A DNA stretch of 64,000 nucleotides from Octopus bimaculoides (lineage: Eukaryota), in contig NC_068990.1 of the NCBI RefSeq assembly GCF_001194135.2, forward strand, positions 1,309,013-1,373,012, given 5' to 3'. Below, piece after piece: positions 10,575-23,783 of this stretch. A program made the translations under genes and the position numbers. How positions within the stretch are numbered: the first letter of the stretch is position 1; every line of letters begins with the position of its first letter. Under the pieces are notes generated by a model. The model had not been told where the DNA came from, made no database searches, and saw only the letters and a program-made list of their open reading frames with translations.

Positions 10575-13481
10575 TTACATCTTAACAGGCAGAACTACTC
10601 AGCTCTGAGTCTTATGTCACCATTATGGGTGGCATAAAAGTATAATATCCAGAAATTCTACATGCTATAGCCACATTGGGAAATTAATGGAGGATCCATT
10701 TTATCAAGATGTTAAGTTCAAATCCTCCTGTGTTATTTTTGTGTCCTGTCTTGGAAAAAATTTTTTTTTTTTAGAAAGATGTCCCATGGAAACTAAAAAT
10801 AAGCACCATGGCCTACTGTGATCTTAGTCATTCGGGAATGGATTAATTGTTTGTTTGTTTGTTTGTTTTTAACTCAGTTTAGACAGATGACTGCAACAAG
10901 TGTTGATTTTGGTGGGTAGCGTTATTGCACTTTACATTCTGAGTTCAAATCACACTGAGATCAATTTTGTATTTTGTCATTTTTGGATTCTATGAAATAA
11001 TCATCCACGTTTAAGTGGGGATAAAGATTACCTCTTGGTATTAATACTGCCTCTGTTGCTAATATACATTTTTTAACAAGCTCACTGGCTAATCGCAACA
11101 CCAATGTCTGTTTTGGCACTGTTATTCTATACATTGCTGGCAGGGAGATGAGTCACTGCTATTTCTAGCAGATGAGTGTCCATCATTGACAAGACCAAAG
11201 AAGGTCGAAATCACGTAATCTGGTGATGTTGGTGCTGGAGGTTGCTGGGATTTATCTCCACCCTAGTGTTATAAAAAAAAGTGCATTTTACATTAAAAAA
11301 AACCTATAAGGGTGTTTCTCTCTTGGTATCTACTGCAGTATAGTCTGTTCTAACAGAACGTCCATGTTTAAGTGGGGATAAATATTACCTCTCCATATAA
11401 ATATTGCCTCTGTCACTAATATATATGGAGGAGTAGAATAATGAATGAAATAAGAAAGAAGGCAAGCTTCTAACAATGCAGGGAGTTAAAAAAAAAATAT
11501 ATATTTTGGAAGCAAAGACCTTTCGTAAGAAGAATATAGTCAAAGAAATGTGTAGTTCCACAGATTCTGACGTATTGGATAGTCTGGTGCTTGTGTTAGT
11601 AGCAGCAGCTCCCCAAGTGCGGATGTAGTCGGTGCTGTAGAGGTCACATTGGGGACGGTGGTAATAGGGACTTTCTGCATTATTAGAGGTTTAATGATGA
11701 AAACAAGCAGTTTAATTACTGAAACAAGCATTATTAGAGGTTTAATGACTGAAACACACATGGTATGCATGGGTGACTGTTGGTCTTCCATAAGCAACCT
11801 TGCCCGGACTCATGCTTTGGAGGGTAACTTTCTAAATGCAACGGTCATTCTTGACCGAAGGGTTCTTTATCCTTTACCCTTGATTACTTTTCGTTTCATC
11901 CATTATTCTACTTCTGTATTACAATGCTTCAAGTAAACTTCAATGCTCTTCTAATGTACTGGAGTGTTTTGATATGATTGAGTGTTTCTTAGTCTCAATT
12001 TTGAAACCTCGTGCATTATATAGGAAGTGAAAATTAAAGAGTCATTTTCAAGTTGGATGCTTAAATGGTCCTTACAAAAACTGGGGTGTACATGTGTTCT
12101 TCCAACTTGGAACCATCTCTATTAGAAATAGCAACTGTCCAAGCTATGTAAGCATGGGAAAAAAACTAATGTAAAAGTGAGGACGACGACGATGATGATG
12201 GTGATGGTGGTGGTGGTGGTGGTGGTGGTGGTGGTGGTAGTGAAGAAGAAGAAGAAGAAGATGATGATGATGATGATAAAGGCTGACAATGAAGATGATG
12301 CTGATGATTATTTCGATGATTTCCAAACTGGTAGCAGACTTTAGAGCAAATATAAATATTTTTACATGTTTTGTACATGAAATAAAATAAATGTATAAAG
12401 ATACATCATTTATATATTTTGGTTGACAAATCATAATTAATTTAATCTGCAGAGAGTTATCAAGCACTTCTCTATTCAATAAATAAAGCAAAATTTTCAA
12501 GTTCAGTTTATATTATTTTCCTTTCTCACATTTTAAAAATACAATGAAATTATTTTTGCTGCACAAACAGTTATATCTTAGTGCGCATCATTCGTGTGTT
12601 GCAACATGCCATTTAGAAATCATTGCTTGACAGAGCCATAACAATATTCGTGCTTCAGAAAATACGAGCATTTGTATTGGATTATCATTCGACAAATGAT
12701 GCCACCTTGTTATCTAAAACGACAGTACCACATCAGTCTCACCAGGCCTTTCGCCTTTTACTTGCTGGGTCTGAAGGAAGAGGCGATGCCCGTGGCCTTT
12801 GCAGGGTCTTCTAGATTGGTGATATTGATACTGCTAATGTTCTTGGGCACAGCTGGGTGATAAGAAGTTTGTGGCGAGCTGGCAGAAACGTTAGCATGTT
12901 GGGCGAAATGCTTAGTGCTTCTTATGGAGAAATGAGGACTAACCATAGATATTAGTGCAGGGCCTGGGAAGGGTTGAACTCAACAGGAGTAATGATAGGA
13001 GAAGAGACGAGTGAGACAGAAATACCATAGTAGAGGCAGCATGAGCCTAACCAGCTCCAAGGAGCAGAGACCTTTGTGCTGGGGATTAGAAAAGACCTGG
13101 AACCCTGTTTGTATTTCTCTGGATAATTAATAAAAAATAATAATACATAAATAAATAATAACTCTACATATTGATCCTTGCATATTTTTGATTCAGGAAA
13201 GATTAGTTGTTGTTATTTATGACTGGAGCGACCTATTGATTTTAGCCATCTGTGAAGGTTTGTAAAGGTCTTGGATGCTGTCCCACCTTCTCTAGTAAAT
13301 TAATTAGGAAAAAAATAATACAACAAAAAAAAAAAGAAAATCTATCTATTCATATGTACTTTTTTGTGATGAAAGCCAAAAGATAAACAAACAAAAAGAA
13401 AACAAAATAACAAAGCTAAAATCAAAACAATCTTTTGTTTTATTTTTGGGGAGGTATAAATCAGTTTACATCATCGTTTGT

Positions 13482-13518
<37 letters not shown>

Positions 13519-15077
13519 CATGCATGTGTGTGTGCATGTGTATTACAATAAACTAAATCAGCCATCACTTGTGAGCGAATATGGTTTGGCAATAGGTGCC
13601 ATATTTTTCCTCGATGTCACAGGTGCCTCGGTAGTCCATGATCAGACACAGACACCCTTGATATAGTGGCACATCCAGTATGGGATAAGTGGAAGGAGGA
13701 AGGGAGGCCCATACTAACACTAGGCTTGTACTTGCTATTTCTTACTCAGTAAAGCTAAGGAGGGTGGAGAAATGTGAAACAAAATGCTTTGGTCAAAGGT
13801 ACAATGTGCTGTGCAGTCCAGAAACTGAACTTGCTATCTTTTGATCATGATCTGAATAACTTACCCACTAAGCCACTAATATGGGTGTAAAGTTTTTGTT
13901 CAAGAAATAGCAATATCTTTTTATAGTTGGATACCATTTCTATTGCATACTATTAAATTGCCAGCTGTGAATGAGTAACGAAAACAGTTTGTCATTCAGG
14001 TCAACTGAACCAAGAAAAGTTATGTGTCTTGCCCACTGATACAAAACGTTATTTATTCATAAACATTAACATTGTTTGCACTGCTCATGAGAAATTACTC
14101 AGCAGTTTATGGCATCAAATATTTCTCCTCACTCCAGAAATGTGTCTCACACTTGATGTTATTTAATGAATGACTTTGACACCTGCCAAAACTGTTAAAC
14201 TAAAATCTTTAGCATTCGTCACTTGATAAAACAAAAATGCTATTTCAGAACCACTATTTCTCTTCTAATTGGCATGATATACCATCTCTTCTTTGCTTAG
14301 TTGATTTTGGTAGAGTTGCTGAAGGAGAAATTTATATAAAATGATTGAGAACTTTGACTTGGTTCCGGTTGTTGCAGCTGAGAAATCTTGACAGCTTTGT
14401 GAGTTTTAATATTTGAAGACAGCTGAAGGTGATGATGGTGTTACCGAAATAGCACAGCTTTGAACTAAAATGATTTGCACTGTTCAGTTCCATTTCTCTG
14501 TGTTTCTGTTTAAAACATTGCTGAGCTCCTCTTTATCATTTATATGGTTTCCTATTGTTGTTGTTGTTGCTGTTGTTTGGCCCCCAGGTCAGCTCTAAAC
14601 GAACATGTGTATGTTCAAAGGAAATCCAAACGCCACCTTCGTTCCTTCTTTCGAGTAGCTATGACACTATTTATAAAGTGCCTTTTCAGTAAGATGGTAT
14701 GTAGGGTGTAATGCGTAGGAGATTTAGTTACTATTTCTAGCTGGTCTGGATAAAACCTTTCTTGTTTGTGGTGTATTTCCCCCCCATGATCATTATCTAA
14801 TAATCTGTTACTCCCTCGTTACATTCTTATCAAACTATCCACCCTCTCCTTCCTCTTCCATGCTGATCCACATATCTTTCTTTTTCTCGCCTTCTTCTAC
14901 CTTAAGAATTTGCTCTGTCACCTTCTTTATCTTCATCTTCTTCCTAGTTTCTACTAGTCATTCATATACAATGTCATGTGGCTCCCCTGCAGCAAGACGC
15001 CTACACTTGTTCCTCTGTCACACTATTGCCTCTCTGTTCCTGGCATAACAGTTTCCTTTCTAATACCAGAAGAGGTA

Positions 15078-15548
15078 TGTGGCTTAGTGGTTAGGGTGCT
15101 GGGCACATAATTGTTAGATTGTGGTTTTGATTTCTGTATTGGGTGATGTGTTGTGTTCTTGAGCAAAACACTTAATTTCATGTTGCTCCAGTCCATTCAT
15201 GTTGCTCCAGTCCATTCATGCTGCTCCAGTCCATTCATGTTGCTCCAGTCCATTCATGTTGCTCCAGTCCATTCCTGTTGCTCCAGTCCATTCCTGTTGC
15301 TCCAGTCCATTCATGTTGCTCCAGTCCATTCCTGTTGCTCCAGTCCATTCATGTTGCTCCAGTCCATTCANNNNNNNNNNNNNNNNNNNNNNNNNCATTC
15401 ATGTTGCTCCAGTCCATTCCTGTTGCTCCAGTCCATTCATGCTGCTCCAGTCCATTCATGTTGCTCCAGTCCATTCCTGTTGCTCCAGTCCATTCATGTT
15501 GCTCCAGTCCATTCAGCTGACAAAAAGGATTAATCCTGTGATGGACTG
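15078..15548 (+). mobile_element. tRNA-derived SINE family C carrying an internal tandem expansion. Unexpanded copies at about 19615-19850(+), 41040-41275(-) and 57445-57670(+)
   Basis: GGCTTAGTGGTTAGGGTG A box and GTGTTGTGTTCTTGAGCAAAACACTT..GTTGCTCCAGTCCA.TCAGCTG body shared with the other copies. Confidence 0.75.
15179..15514 (+). repeat. 19-bp minisatellite (TGTTGCTCCAGTCCATTCA)n, about 17 units including a short gap
   Basis: Direct reading. The 19-aa periodicity in the overlapping ORFs (57 nt = 3 units) confirms the period. Confidence 0.95.
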
Positions 15549-15644
15549 ATACTTATTTTATCAACCTTGAAATGATGAAAGGCAAAGTTAGCCTCCGTAG
15601 AATTTGAACTCAGAACGTAAAAATGGACAAAATACTGTTAAGCA

Positions 15645-16040
15645 GGAGTGGCTGTGTGGTAAGTAGCTTGCTTACCAACCACATGGTTATGGGTTCAGTC
15701 CCACTGTATGGCACCTTGGGCAAGTGTCTTTTGCTATAGCCTCAGGCCTACCAAAGCCTTGTGAGTGGATTTGGTAGACGGAAACTGAAAGAAACCGAAT
15801 GTGTATACATATATATATATGTGTGTGTGTGTTTGTTTGTTTGTACTCCTCATCATTGCTTGACAGCTAATGTTGGTGTGTTTATGTCCCCGTAACTTAG
15901 CGGTTTGGCAAAAGAGACTGATAGAATAAGTAGTAGGTTTATAAAGAATAAGTCCTGGGGTCGATTTGTTCAACTAAAGGCAGTGCTCCAGCATGGCTGG
16001 AGTCAAATGACTGGAACAGATAAAACAAATAAAAGAATAA
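15645..16040 (+). mobile_element. tRNA-derived SINE family B (head, microsatellite linker, 3' module). Other copies at about 17055-17300, 20300-20550, 21455-21845, 24850-25500, 38270-38675, 41515-41905, 43625-44030, 44620-45015, 46920-47375 and 52135-52675
   Basis: Shared GTGGCTGTGTGGTAAG.AGCTTGCTT.CCAACCACATGG..GGTTCAGTCCCACTG..GGCACCTTGGGCAAGTGTCTT head and CCAGCATGGC.GCAGTCAAATGACTGAAACAAG tail. This copy is flanked by an AAGCA duplication. Confidence 0.85.
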
Positions 16041-16499
16041 AAGCATTTTTCCTGGTATGCTAATGATGCTGCCAGCTCACCAATGATGGTGATGATGATG
16101 ATTATGTGAGTTTCTACTGCATCACAAGAGATGGATCTCAATGTGCTTGAGTTGCATGCAGCTGCGTCTTTTATGCAAGTAAAGTATTGTTATCAAACAC
16201 ATTAGTTTCGATTTGTTGTAAGAGTTTTGCTGTTGTTTCTGCGGTTATTCTAATACTTTATCTGTTGTGTTGAGTATGTGCAATGTGAGCTGTGTTCTGT
16301 TGTTGGGTTGTTTACTATGTACTGTGTGATTGCTGTTATGTGTTCAGGTGTCAGATGCTGGTTTTTGCAGAACAGAGGTCCTCAACTAGTGGGCTATTGA
16401 CCAGATCCAGGCCATGAATCATTTGGAACTGGACCATACAGAAACAATAGATTTTAAAGTTTTGTTTCAATTTTATTGACTATCACAGTCTACAGGGTG

Positions 16500-17045
16500 A
16501 TTTTGGGCCTCACTGAGGCAATGACTAGCAACCGAGACCTTTGGAGATATGCAATGCTTGAGAAGACCTGGCAAGCTAAGTGAGATCATAGCTATGACCT
16601 ATGCCAGTGTCACATAATTGGCCCATTTAAGAGTTCCCTTCAATTGTTGAGCAATGTGCTGTGCTTGAGAAGACCTTTTGAGTTAAGTAAAATTGCTGTT
16701 GTGGCCAATGCCAGTACTGCCTGACAGGTACCCATGCTGGTGGCATGTAAAAATCACCATTTGAGCATGGCTGATGCCAGTGCCGCCTGACTGGAACCTG
16801 TTCTGGTGGCACGTAAAAGCACCATTCGAGCGTGGTCAATGCCTATGCTGCCTGACTGGCCCGTGGCATGTATAAAGCACCCACTACACTCTCAGAGTGG
16901 TTGGTATTAGGAAGGGCATCCAGCTGTAGAAACTTTCCCAGATCAGATTGAAGCCAGCTGCAGCCTCCTGGCTTGCCAGCCCTAAGTCAGACTGTCCAAC
17001 CCATGCCAGCATGGAAAGAGAACGTTAAACAATGATGATGATGAT
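16500..17045 (+). mobile_element. RTE-clade LINE 3' end or RTE-tailed SINE. Related pieces at about 19870-20010(-), 24330-24710(+), 44160-44400(-) and 63415-63600(-)
   Basis: Reads LGLTEAMTSNRDLWRYAMLEKT, then CACTACACTCT..GAGTGGTTGG..TTAGGAAGGGCATCCAGCTGTAGAAAC and an ACGTTAAA(C)GATGATGAT tail. Confidence 0.8.
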
Positions 17046-17339
17046 GATGAATCTTTTATTCCTTTATTTGTTTCAGTCATTTGACTGCAGCCATGCTGGA
17101 GCACTGTCTTTAGTCAAAGAAATCGACCCCAGGACTATTTTTTGTAAGCCTAGTACTTATTTTATCGGTCTCTTTTGCCAAACCACTGAGTTATGGGGAC
17201 ATAAACACACCAACACTAACTCTCAAGCGATGTTGAGGGGACAAACAACACACACACACACACATGCACACAAGCTGTTTTCACCTTTTTCATTCTCTTT
17301 CATACTTAAGAGGATTGTATATATATATCTATTTCATCC

Positions 17340-17510
17340 CCTTTCTTCTTAGCTAATCCTGGGTCAACGGAGCACGCAACATTAACTACATAGCACATGT
17401 GGTGCATCTTGTCCACCCCTACTAGGTCTGGTCTGTTATGCTCTAGCACCTGATCTGTTTGGATTGAGAAATCCCAGAGAATTTTACTAGTTTCCAACTC
17501 TGCCATTCTC
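17340..17510 (-). mobile_element. RLE-type (R4/Dong-like) LINE endonuclease fragment
   Basis: Reads KILWDFSIQTDQVLEHNRPDLVGVDK...VNVACSVD (ILWDF-IQTD..HNRPDI restriction-like endonuclease motif). Confidence 0.8.
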
Positions 17511-17872
17511 TGCAGTTTGTGCTCATACCATGTCTTGCTTCTTTCTCACCTCCACTTTTCACTTAGTTTCCAATGTAACACTTTCACTACCTCATTATTA
17601 TTGTTGTTGTTGTTGTTGCTGAGGCTGCCATCTGGCAGAAACATTAGCATACCAGGCAAAATGCTTTGTAACATTTCATCTGGCCTTACGTACTAAGTTC
17701 AAATTCTCCCGAGGTCGACTTTGCCTTTCATCCTTTCGGGGTCGATAAATTAAGTACCAGTTGAGTACTGGGGTCGATGTAATTGACTATCCCCCCACCC
17801 CTAAATTGCTAGCCTTGTGTCAAAATTTGAAACCATCATTATTGTTATTGCTATTGCTATTCTTGTTGGCTC

Positions 17873-17904
<32 letters not shown>

Positions 17905-18445
17905 CTGTGTTATTTAAAGCTAACAAGAGCACACAATACACAATAAGAGTATGAAATTAATTTGACTTTAGAATGCCCGGCTAAGTAGTCATGCCACAGA
18001 CTTCTATCTAGAGAACTTGTAATTGTCTGTGCGTCCCTTGTTACAATGCCAAAATCTTAGGTAAGTTTTTGTTTGAGTTTCTTTGTCTTTTTATAAATTT
18101 TTGTTTTGTTTTTGTTTTTCTCCTCTTTGGAAATATAGAATGTAACCCCCCCCCCCCTTACAGTGAGTGAGTTCAGTTTCATTAGTTAAAGAGAACAAAG
18201 AATGCACACACACACACACACGTGCACTCACACACGCATGCATACACACATGTGCAGACATACACACACATACATGCATACACATATATGCATACACACG
18301 CAAACACACACATGTACACACAAACACGCACACACACACATGCACTGACAAACGCACACATGCACATACACACTCATGCATGCACACACATACACACACA
18401 TGCACACACTCACACACACATATGTGCACATGTGCTCGCGCACGT

Positions 18446-18484
<39 letters not shown>

Positions 18485-20652
18485 ACTAATTTGCTGTTAG
18501 TTGTTGTTGCTTTGAAAAAGGAAGCACAAAAAAAACAACCAACAAAACAAACTTTTATCTTCAAAGAGGACAAGAAACAAACAAAATCGAAGTTATATTT
18601 AATTAAAGGATTTTTGTATGGGATGTGATAAGCAAAAACAAAAAAGAAAAAAAGATACAAGACAATAACAAAAAACAGAAAAAATTAAAATACTATAAAA
18701 TAACATTGTATATTGAGCTCCTGGACTTCTTGAGCACAGACAACACTTTAAATTTCAGTTTTAAATTAAATTAATGTTAGATATTAGAGAGCGAGCCAAT
18801 AGTATCTGGCGGTGATTGGGTGAGTAGGGATAGGAGAGGGAGTGTGTGTGTGTGTGTTGGTGATGTTATGCAATTTTTTCAATTGGGGGGTAGTTTTTGT
18901 TTTGTGTATAGTTTGATTTATTGTATAACATTGTATAGTAATGTATTTTGAAATACAGTTACTAAAATTAGCTTCCTCAAGAATGATCAGCGAATAAAGA
19001 AATGATTTTTTTTTTTTCACTAAAACTGGACAACTGACAGGACAGAATTTGTTGGAGTGACAGAACTAAGATATCTTGTAGTATCTAATTCCAGTCCTTT
19101 GCATTTTGAGTTTAAATCGTATCAAGGTCAAACTTTGCTGTACATAATTTTTGTGGGTCATCGTTGTTGTCATCATTGTTGTTGTTGTTGTTGTTGTTGT
19201 TGGTGGTGGTGGTGATTGTGGTGGCATGTGGTGTTGATAAAATAATATGTCAGACATGTACTGGAGTTGATTTGATTGACAATATTCCCACCACAAATAA
19301 CCTTTTGGCCGTGTGCCAATGCTAGAAGTCAATATCTCTTTTATATATACAAGGCAGTGAGCTGGCAGAATTGTTAGCATGCCAGGCAAAATGCTAAGTG
19401 GCATTTCATCTGTCTTTATGTTCCGAGTTCAAATTCCATCAAAGTTACCTTTGCCTTTCATCCATTTAGGGTCAATAACATAAGTACCAGTTAAGCACTG
19501 CGCTTAATGTAATCGGCTTACTACCCACCTTGAACTTGCAGGTCTTATGCCAAAATTTGGAACCAGTCTCTCTTTTATATGTCTCTTTCATCTTCTGCAT
19601 CATCATCTTGTGGGGGCACATAGCTTAGTGGTTAGGGGGTCTGACTCATGTTTGTAAGATTGTGATTTCAATTCCTGGATCAAGTGACGCGTTGTGTTCT
19701 TGAGTAAAACATTTTGATTCACGTTGTTCCAGTCTACTCAGCTGACAAAAGTTAGGAATCCTGCAATGGACTGGCATCCCATCAAGGTGAGGAATTCACA
19801 TGCCATAGAAACTGGGAAACTGACTCTTATGAGTCGGTATGACTCAGGGATGTAACTTTCTTTTTACCTCATCATCATCATCGTATAACATCCCTTTTTA
19901 CATGTTTTACATGGATTGGACGGACTATACTCAAGGCAGATTCTCTACAGCCAGATTCCCATCTAGGTGCCAACCCTCACCTGCTTCCAAGTAAGGTAAT
20001 ATTACCCCATGAACCAGATGTGTTCTTGCAGAACACTGGAAAAGAATGACACTGCTCGTATGACAGTGACACTCTTTTACAACTCTCATCTGATGTCAGA
20101 ACAAGGAGACACAAGCACACATGTATGCACATCACATACATACACAGACACAGACACAAACTCATGTGTGTATGTGCACACACGTACACACACACACACA
20201 CACACACGCATTGCAGTGCAGCTCTCCTGCTTGCCAGCCCTGGTCAAACTGTCTAACCCATACCAGCATGGAAAACAGACGTTAAAGGATGATGTTGATA
20301 TAAGATGAGCTTCTTTCAGTCTCCATCATTCAAATTCACTCACAAAGCTTTAGTCAGCCTGTGACTGTACTAGAAGACACTTGCCCAAGGAACCACACAC
20401 TGGGACTGAACCTGGAACCATGTGGTTGGGGAGTAAACATTTTGCCACACAACAGTACCTGCACCTATGCTGCACCTAAATCTACAGGAAATATATATAT
20501 ACACAAGAGGCTTTTTTCAGTTTCCATCTACCAAATCCACCTACAAAGCTTTAAGAATAAAATCTCTTGGTTTCAAAATTATGGGTTTGTTTAAAATGAA
20601 TAATAAACAAGTAAACATTTCTCTAACTAAATTTTGTATTTTGATATTTCAG

Positions 20653-20768
20653 GTCCCAAGGTTCATTTTAAATATGGTCACATCAATTTTCAGATTGTTA
20701 ATTTGGGCTCCAAAGCATCAAAGAATTGTTCTATTGTGAACGACAGTCAAGTTACCATAACTTACAAG
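20653..20768 (+). CDS. CFAP65: Next coding exon (116 nt, phase 1 to 0) of the probable CFAP65 orthologue: (G)PKVHFKYGHINFQIVNLGSKASKNCSIVNDSQVTITYK
   Basis: Acceptor ttttgatatttcag ends at 20652 and donor AAG|gtaatc starts at 20769. The phase matches the 9381-9489 exon. The peptide matches recalled human CFAP65 GPAVSLQHYCVNFSWVNLGERSEQPLWIENQSDCTAHFQ (GP-V, NF--VNLG, I-N-S). Confidence 0.8.
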
Positions 20769-23595
20769 GTAATCCCTTTATATTTATCATGAAGGTCGTT
20801 TTGGTTGTTGTTCTTGCTCTTGTTTCTGTTATTGTGGTTGGGGAATGTGGTAAATGGCAGCATCATGAGAGTGCTCGACAAAATATCAGAATATTTCCAA
20901 CTTATTGCACTCTGAGTGCAAACCCTGTCGAGGCCAGCTTTTCCTTTCATCCATTCAAGGTTTATAAACTAAAACACCAATTCAGAATAGTAGATTGGCG
21001 GAATTGTTAGAGTCCGACAAAATGTTTATGGTAATGCAGAAGGGGGTTTGGGTGGGGTTTGGGTGGGGTAGGGTGGGAACCTCTGTGATAACTCTGTTGC
21101 TAAGTTGTATCAGCTCAAGTTAGCAGTCCTTTTTTTTTTTTGTCTAAACATCATTGGTTTGCAGAAAGAAAACTTGCATGCATGCACTGCTGCTAGTCTT
21201 CCTTAAAAATATCTTGTCCAGCCCTGTACATACATGGGCAGTTGTATAATCAGCATTAATCAAAAGAAGCCCTACAGTAGTCCAAGGTCAGGCCTAATAG
21301 AGCAGGTCTATGATCAGTGGAGTTTTGCTCTTAATGTTTCCTCTTTGTTATTGTTTTTTAGCACATATGTATCAAGACTACATTATCCAATATATCCTTT
21401 ATTTCTTGAAGATATTTTGAAGATATTTTGATGATATTAAGATGCAGGTATAGGCATAACTGTATGACAAGAAGTTTGTTTCCCAACTGCATGGTTCTGA
21501 GTTCAGTCCCACTGCATGACACCTTCTACTATAACCTTGGGCCGACCAAAGCCTTGTGAGTAGATTTGGTAGATCGAAACTGAAATAAACCTGTCATATA
21601 TGTGAGTGTGTGTATGTGTGTGTGCGTGTGTATTTTTGTCATCATGTTTGTTCCCCACCACTGCTTGACAATTGTTGTTGATCTGTTTATGTTCTTGATA
21701 ACTTAGCAGTTCAGCAGAAATGACCAATAGAAATAGCAGGCTCAAAAAATTTAAGTACTGGGATTGATTCATTCAAATAAAATGTTCTTCAAGGTGGGCC
21801 CACAACATGGCTGCAGTCTAATGGCTGAAACAAGTAAAAGATAAAAGGTGCAGTTTCTATCTGTTTGACATGGATATTTTCAGATCTTGGGGAGGATATT
21901 TGTCTTCTATATCTAGCAGACTAGGCGACAGCATTAAGGATAAACCATTGGCACTTTCAAAGTCCTTTGTTCAGTCAGCAGTGATCACGGAATTTAACAA
22001 CAAGCAGACATATGAGCCAAAGCATTCCAGGCCCTGTCATCTATGTAAGATTACATTTATTCAATTGTAGGTGCATGGTAACCCTTTAGTGTTTAAACTG
22101 GCCACATCTGGCCCAGATATTCTTCATGTTTTACATTCAAACTGGCCATATCTAGCCTTTCACACCTAAGCTACATTGACATTCTAAAAATAAATAATCA
22201 CATCATTGAAACCTCAAAGCTATAAGATATTGCATGACTAATTCAAAACAATGTGAATAAATTAATATTATATTAGACAAAGTAATCTAAATGCTAAGGA
22301 GTTAAAGGAGATTTGACTACTCCTTATTTTACTAGCTGGCTGAATGACTTCACAAAGTCTTCCTCATTACATCCATATTTGAGCCATATTAGCTTCTTAG
22401 CAGCATTATAGGCCTCTGGACAAACCATTGCACTGGGCCACATACAATTTATCTATTGACACCAAGCTGCTGCATACATAGATTGCAATGTGTAACAAAA
22501 TTTTTATTTTTGTTTGTCTTTGGTCAGCAAGTGTTATTTTCTATTTGCTTCTATCTAAAAATCAAAGGAAATCTCTACTATTCCCTTCAAACTTTGCTTT
22601 TGTGACCTGGACACCAATGTTTCAATAGTGATCTGTTTTCCTTCACATTTCACACAGACTCAGAGCTGAGTTGCTTAAGCAGAAATATCTTTATAGCAAA
22701 TATTCTGCTCAATACCACAGATTTGCTTATCAGTTGCTTGACCCTAACCAATTGGGCATGTCCCTTAGAGGCAGACAGTATGTGCATCTCTTTTCATGAG
22801 CAAGAGTAGCTGGGGAACATCATAGGCATATGTTGAGAAGGACACTTTGGGGTTTGAATAAATGTAGCAAAAGCAGAGTTTGAAGGAAATATTAGCCATT
22901 TTCTATAATTTCTAGGAGTAAGCAAATAAGAAATAGCAGCTGTTACTCAAGGACAAAAATCGTGTTACATAGTGTTATAAATGGACCCCTAGATCCATGA
23001 GGCCCCTGCCCAACTGCCATGTGTGCTAATGCCTTAAGACAGCACTATTCCATGTTCAATAAATTTGGTACCAGTCATGTGCTGATGTTGATTCAATCAA
23101 TTGAAAAGAACCATTGTTAGTGAGATTGATACTTGTAATTGTGTATTGCGTCTACTCATGGCACCTATTTCAGCAGTAGATGGACATGATTAACACAATG
23201 CAAAAGCAAGAACTGAACCATTATTGACTCAACAGCTAATAGTCTGATGTTTTATTGAGTCCACTGGTCGTGACTATGAAACAGATAAGGATTAATAAAA
23301 GCCCATTTGGATAATGATGGAAATAAGTGAATAACTGGTGCTGTTATAAAGAGAATGGCTGACGTACGGTTTATACCAATATAATCAACATGAAATGTGT
23401 GATAATAAGTTCAATAGAAATTTCCGAAACCCAAATTTTGGTTTCCAGATAGCAATAACTAACTAATTTGTTAGAAAGTAGATTCGACAGATAATTCGTT
23501 TTTGGAAATTCACTGAGGATATCAGGGGTATTATATATATGTATATACATAAACACACACACATGCGCACATACGCTAACACACATATGAATATG

Positions 23596-23627
<32 letters not shown>

Positions 23628-23712
23628 CATACATACACACACACACATACATATATATGAATATATATATGCATATATGTATACATATATATGTATATAT
23701 GTATGTATGTAT

Positions 23713-23783
<71 letters not shown>

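Noticed and set aside
11540-11936. Overlapping ORFs on both strands (Thr-rich on the - strand)
   Set aside because: Partly produced by a local tandem duplication (TTATTAGAGGTTTAATGA). No splice sites or recognisable domain.
23405-23450. TCCGAAACC...TGGTTTCC resembling the 3' half of the 60-kb hammerhead
   Set aside because: The upstream CUGANGA is not intact (GTGATAA) and stems I and II do not pair. At best it is a dead relative.
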